From positions 1 to 58,217 of IMG/VR virus record IMGVR_UViG_3300048558_000101: a DNA stretch of 58,217 bases; one strand, given 5' to 3'. Both the position numbers and the translations under genes were made by a program. The notes beneath the pieces are model-generated. The model saw only the letters and a program-made list of their open reading frames with translations. It ran no database searches and had not been told where the DNA came from. Each line of letters begins with the position of its first letter. Within the stretch, counting starts at the first letter, position 1. This DNA is from a virus (lineage: Duplodnaviria > Caudoviricetes). Below, one piece after another: positions 55,074 through 58,217 of this stretch.

Positions 55074-55433
55074 ATGGCCAAAGAAATTACGAATAACCAA
55101 GCGCAGACCGAACAGGCCCTTGTGCCAGCGCAGCCCACAGATATTGCGGCGGTCGAGGACGAACAGCCCAAAGAGCCGCCGATGGCCGACCCAGGCACAA
55201 CCCTGGAGTTGATGACTAAAGAGCAACAACAGGCATTCCTGCTCAAGCAGCATGCCCAGACGTTGATCCGCGATGGTCATATCTCTGCGAAAGAGGCGCT
55301 TGATCGTCACCTGATCAGTGAGGCCGACGCCGCTCAATTGCGGTTGGTGGATGAGCAGACCATCAAGCTGCCGCTGGCTGTACTTGAGGCACCGCCTGAG
55401 CAGCCAATCCCAATGGCGACCAAATGCTGCTAA
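55074..55433 (+). CDS. Hypothetical protein
   Basis: GAGGA RBS. Confidence 0.65.
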   Translation: MAKEITNNQAQTEQALVPAQPTDIAAVEDEQPKEPPMADPGTTLELMTKEQQQAFLLKQHAQTLIRDGHISAKEALDRHLISEADAAQLRLVDEQTIKLPLAVLEAPPEQPIPMATKCC

Positions 55434-55705
55434 GGGCGCGAATTGCCGATCTGTGGGCGCGATCTATCGTGTTGCGCGAGAAGGCCAGATGGTTCTTTCG
55501 AGCTATCTGGTCTTTCTTGCGCTTCGGGGATGCGCCGCTCGTGACCGGCTTAATGCGCCAGCAACAATGTTTGCCGTGTCCAGAATTGCAGCAGACGACG
55601 ACGGGGATGTTTTGCGGCGCATGCGGCTGCCCGCGAACCTGGGCAAGTGACCTTCGATCAAAGTGGCGAATGCGTGATCTCCGATGCCCGCTCAAGAAGT
55701 GGTGA
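55424..55705 (+). CDS. Cys-rich protein (DUF6171-like)
   Basis: CLPC...CGACGC...K......CPLKKW. Confidence 0.65.
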   Translation: MLLRARIADLWARSIVLREKARWFFRAIWSFLRFGDAPLVTGLMRQQQCLPCPELQQTTTGMFCGACGCPRTWASDLRSKWRMRDLRCPLKKW

Positions 55706-55714
55706 GAGACACCG

Positions 55715-56029
55715 ATGAACAATCGAAGCGCAAAGGGTATTCGGCGTAAAGACTGGGCTGATCTTGTGGATAACGGCCAAGAGGGAGACTTCGCTTGGCC
55801 ATCGTCTGACGAGAGAGACGATGCCGGAAATCTGGTTGCGCGCCACGATTGGATTTACATCTACATCCCTGGCAGTGGCGTTTGTCGTTGGGGCGTTGAT
55901 AGGCCGTTGGAAAATGGCTGCCAGTGGAAGTGGAATGGCAATGAAGACGCACCAACGCTGACGCCAAGCCTCCACCTTGTTGGCACCTGGCATGGTTGGA
56001 TGACAAATGGCGAGCTAGTGAGTTGCTGA
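55715..56029 (+). CDS. DUF6527-like protein
   Basis: WKWNGNEDAPTLTPSL....WHGWMTNG. Confidence 0.7.
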   Translation: MNNRSAKGIRRKDWADLVDNGQEGDFAWPSSDERDDAGNLVARHDWIYIYIPGSGVCRWGVDRPLENGCQWKWNGNEDAPTLTPSLHLVGTWHGWMTNGELVSC

Positions 56030-56036
56030 TGAATCT

Positions 56037-56249
56037 ATGAGCGAAACCCCAAACAACGTCATTGCCAGCCTGGACCATCGCGACAATCTCCACATCCGCC
56101 CGATACGCGATTGGGCACCGCACGCCCTAACGACCAATTGTACCTGCGAGCCACAACTCGAGATCGTCAACGGCGTGCGCCTGATCTTCCATCACGCGTT
56201 CGACCAGCGCGAGATGTGGGAGCGTGAGCGACCAAACAGGGACCAGTAA
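56037..56249 (+). CDS. Small His/Cys protein
   Basis: HIRP..D..PH....CTCEP.........HHAFD.RE. Confidence 0.65.
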   Translation: MSETPNNVIASLDHRDNLHIRPIRDWAPHALTTNCTCEPQLEIVNGVRLIFHHAFDQREMWERERPNRDQ

Positions 56250-56251
56250 CG

Positions 56252-56908
56252 ATGCGACAAATGAAAAGAATTTTGATGTTTGCAGCCCTAATGCTCGTCG
56301 GCCTCGCCTCCATCGGCGCACATCAGTCCAAACCTGCCACTACTACCAACGCGGCGAGCGGGCGCTACCACGGCACCGCTGATTCCATCGCGGCGATCTA
56401 CGGCAATGGCTTTGCAGATTATGCAGAAGAGGCAACCAGCCTGCCTCTGCCCAAGACGCTCGCGAACGTCACCGTCTTCTTTGATGGTGCGCCCGTCGGC
56501 CTGTTCTACGTTTCTCCCACACAGATAAACTTCCACGTTCCCAAGAAGGCGCGCGAGGGCCATGGCCGCATCATCATTGCCAATACGAACGGCGCAACTT
56601 TTGAAAGCAGTTTCCACATTACCAGACTCGCACCAGGCGTCTTCACTTATGGCAATCAGGGTATCGCGGCGGCTGATTACGGCGATGGCTATGTCTCGTT
56701 ATACGTGACCGGCGCGCCGGGGGATGCCGTGGCCTGGGACACGATCTCGCTCCACACAGAAGACGGCGATTACCCCGCGTGCTACTTCGGGGAAAGCGAA
56801 TTTGTCGGATGTCAGCAGATCAACTTTCTGGACGTGCCAATCAAAGGGCAGGTAGCGATTCTCAACGTCGGCTCTGCCCAGTCAAACGGTTTTATCCTGA
56901 TGAAATAA
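56252..56908 (+). CDS. Secreted TIGR03437-like protein (second copy)
   Basis: Signal peptide; NAAS, SIAAIYG, SLPLPKTL, LFYVSPTQINF.VP, PGVFT, QQINF. Confidence 0.8.
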   Translation: MRQMKRILMFAALMLVGLASIGAHQSKPATTTNAASGRYHGTADSIAAIYGNGFADYAEEATSLPLPKTLANVTVFFDGAPVGLFYVSPTQINFHVPKKAREGHGRIIIANTNGATFESSFHITRLAPGVFTYGNQGIAAADYGDGYVSLYVTGAPGDAVAWDTISLHTEDGDYPACYFGESEFVGCQQINFLDVPIKGQVAILNVGSAQSNGFILMK

Positions 56909-57021
56909 TTATCAACCATCGGTCCCGCTAACCGCCGCATGGCCTGCGTCGGGACAAAGCGCGTTCCTGCCGCGCCGCGGGCCGATGACCACCAGCAGGG
57001 AGACTTAGCAAGGAGAGTCAA

Positions 57022-57864
57022 ATGTCAGAAGAAAGGAACGGTCTGCAAACCGCAGACGCCACCGCAACAGCTCCAGCTAAAACGCGAAGGGTTTTCAACC
57101 TTGGCGATGACCACTTCAATATCGCACTCCCGGTCTCGTGGGCGAACAAAGACGGTTTCATCAAAGTGATTCACCGTTTCAAACGCCCAACGCAGCAACA
57201 GGAAGCCGAATACAATCGCCGCGCGGTCTACCAGGAACGCATCAGCACCAATGGCAAGATCAGCGATCAGCAATCCGACGCCGGGGCGGCAAAGCTCTGG
57301 CTGTGGGATGGGATTGCAGAATCCATCAGCGGCTATCCTGGCCTTGAAGATCAGACGCCGGTCACTCCTGAGATCGCCGTAAAGATGCGTTCAACGCACA
57401 AAGACCTCGCGATTGAAGCGCTTTTTGAATGTGATGCCGAAGTGCTGCCGGAAGAAAGCGTAGCCACATTTGATGATGCGGTCTGGATGGTGCGGCTCAA
57501 GCTGGGCAATCCTGAGTACCCATACCTGACGCTGCGGCTGCGGATGCGCGAATGGACGGAGAAAGAGCGCACCCGGTTTGAGAAGAGCAACGGCATCAGC
57601 TCGTCAGAACAGCAGGGCAAGACCCGGCTGACCAAGACGGCGGTTAACCAGGCTGCGCACGTTGAATTGTTCAACGCCTTGCTTGTCAGCGTGGATGTCG
57701 AAGAGGGCGGTTCCTGGGATAAGGTGACGGTCAACGGCGGCACGTTCGCGGAGCAGGGGCCGGAAGCGTTCGCGGCTGCATTTCTCGGTGAATGGAAGAT
57801 GGAAGTGACGTCGGCTTTGACCAGACTGTGGAGAAAGAAACGGCAGGACTCTATGACGAGCTGA
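57022..57864 (+). CDS. Putative tail assembly chaperone (G-like)
   Basis: AAGGAG RBS; position; overlaps a -1 frame ORF. Confidence 0.6.
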   Translation: MSEERNGLQTADATATAPAKTRRVFNLGDDHFNIALPVSWANKDGFIKVIHRFKRPTQQQEAEYNRRAVYQERISTNGKISDQQSDAGAAKLWLWDGIAESISGYPGLEDQTPVTPEIAVKMRSTHKDLAIEALFECDAEVLPEESVATFDDAVWMVRLKLGNPEYPYLTLRLRMREWTEKERTRFEKSNGISSSEQQGKTRLTKTAVNQAAHVELFNALLVSVDVEEGGSWDKVTVNGGTFAEQGPEAFAAAFLGEWKMEVTSALTRLWRKKRQDSMTS

Positions 57865-58217
57865 CGGAATTCTTCTCTGCTCAGCTCGAAATGATCCGCG
57901 ACCGCCGGAAGAACAAGGGCGCACGCGTTCTGCTATTTGACGGCGACGGCAACCGCATTGATGAAGATCAAGCTGCAGAACCGCCGCCTCATTTGGTCGT
58001 TCACGTTGTCGAGGCAATGCGGCTGGACCGGCTGAAGGATGGGGGGGCGACTTTCCCCTATCCTGATAGCCTGTCGGTGATCGATTGGACAATGCTTGAT
58101 GCGCTCCAGACCGCCAGACGGAAAGACAACGCCCAGGATGACGAAGGCACTGGCGGGCAGGCAAGCGTGGATGCGGAGCGCGCGCGGCTCAAGGCTCTGG
58201 TAAATCGGCGAACCTGA
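57834..58217 (+). CDS. Putative frameshift extension of the tail chaperone (T-like)
   Basis: -1 frame ORF without a clear RBS, reading KETAGLYDELTEFF... Confidence 0.55.
   Translation, partial: KETAGLYDELTEFFSAQLEMIRDRRKNKGARVLLFDGDGNRIDEDQAAEPPPHLVVHVVEAMRLDRLKDGGATFPYPDSLSVIDWTMLDALQTARRKDNAQDDEGTGGQASVDAERARLKALVNRRT

Larger units (their letters stand above)
1..58217. mobile_element. Temperate HK97-fold siphovirus/prophage, incomplete on the right
   Basis: Integrase, CI/Cro switch, replication origin, endolysin, terminase, portal, protease, capsid, tail tube and chaperones are all present; no host housekeeping context is visible. Confidence 0.95.

Noticed and set aside
1-58217. CRISPR array, diversity-generating retroelement or retron
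   Set aside because: No regularly spaced repeat-spacer array and no reverse transcriptase motifs were seen; the paralogue arrays are diverged at protein level rather than adenine-specific TR/VR pairs

Overview
The whole window is a temperate siphovirus-type (pro)phage, probably infecting an Acidobacteriota host (inferred from two TIGR03437-like proteins). It runs from the integrase stop codon at position 1 to the tail assembly chaperones; the tape measure gene and distal tail genes lie outside the window. Gene order: integrase, ImmA-like protease and umuDC; membrane morons; CI/Cro switch; a hairpin-rich non-coding region containing an initiator-like tRNA(CAT); a lambda-like replication gene with iterons; C5 and amino DNA methyltransferases and a phage-borne beta clamp; GH19 lysis cassette; displaced fibre/decoration genes; a MoxR-DUF3150-vWA operon; a 6 kb array of small paralogues; a PP-loop (PAPS-reductase-like) gene, an acidic protein and an Arg-rich peptide just before the terminase; HK97 head genes; tail genes. 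Best leads: (1) a portal protein fused to an Acb1-like 2H phosphoesterase; (2) a 4.3 kb operon completely free of CGRR on its coding strand only, whose genes are preceded by a covarying hairpin-plus-RBS element; (3) two tandem paralogue families; (4) a pre-processed, protease-dead UmuD'; (5) the PP-loop/peptide module. All family assignments come from motif recognition by eye, not from database searches.
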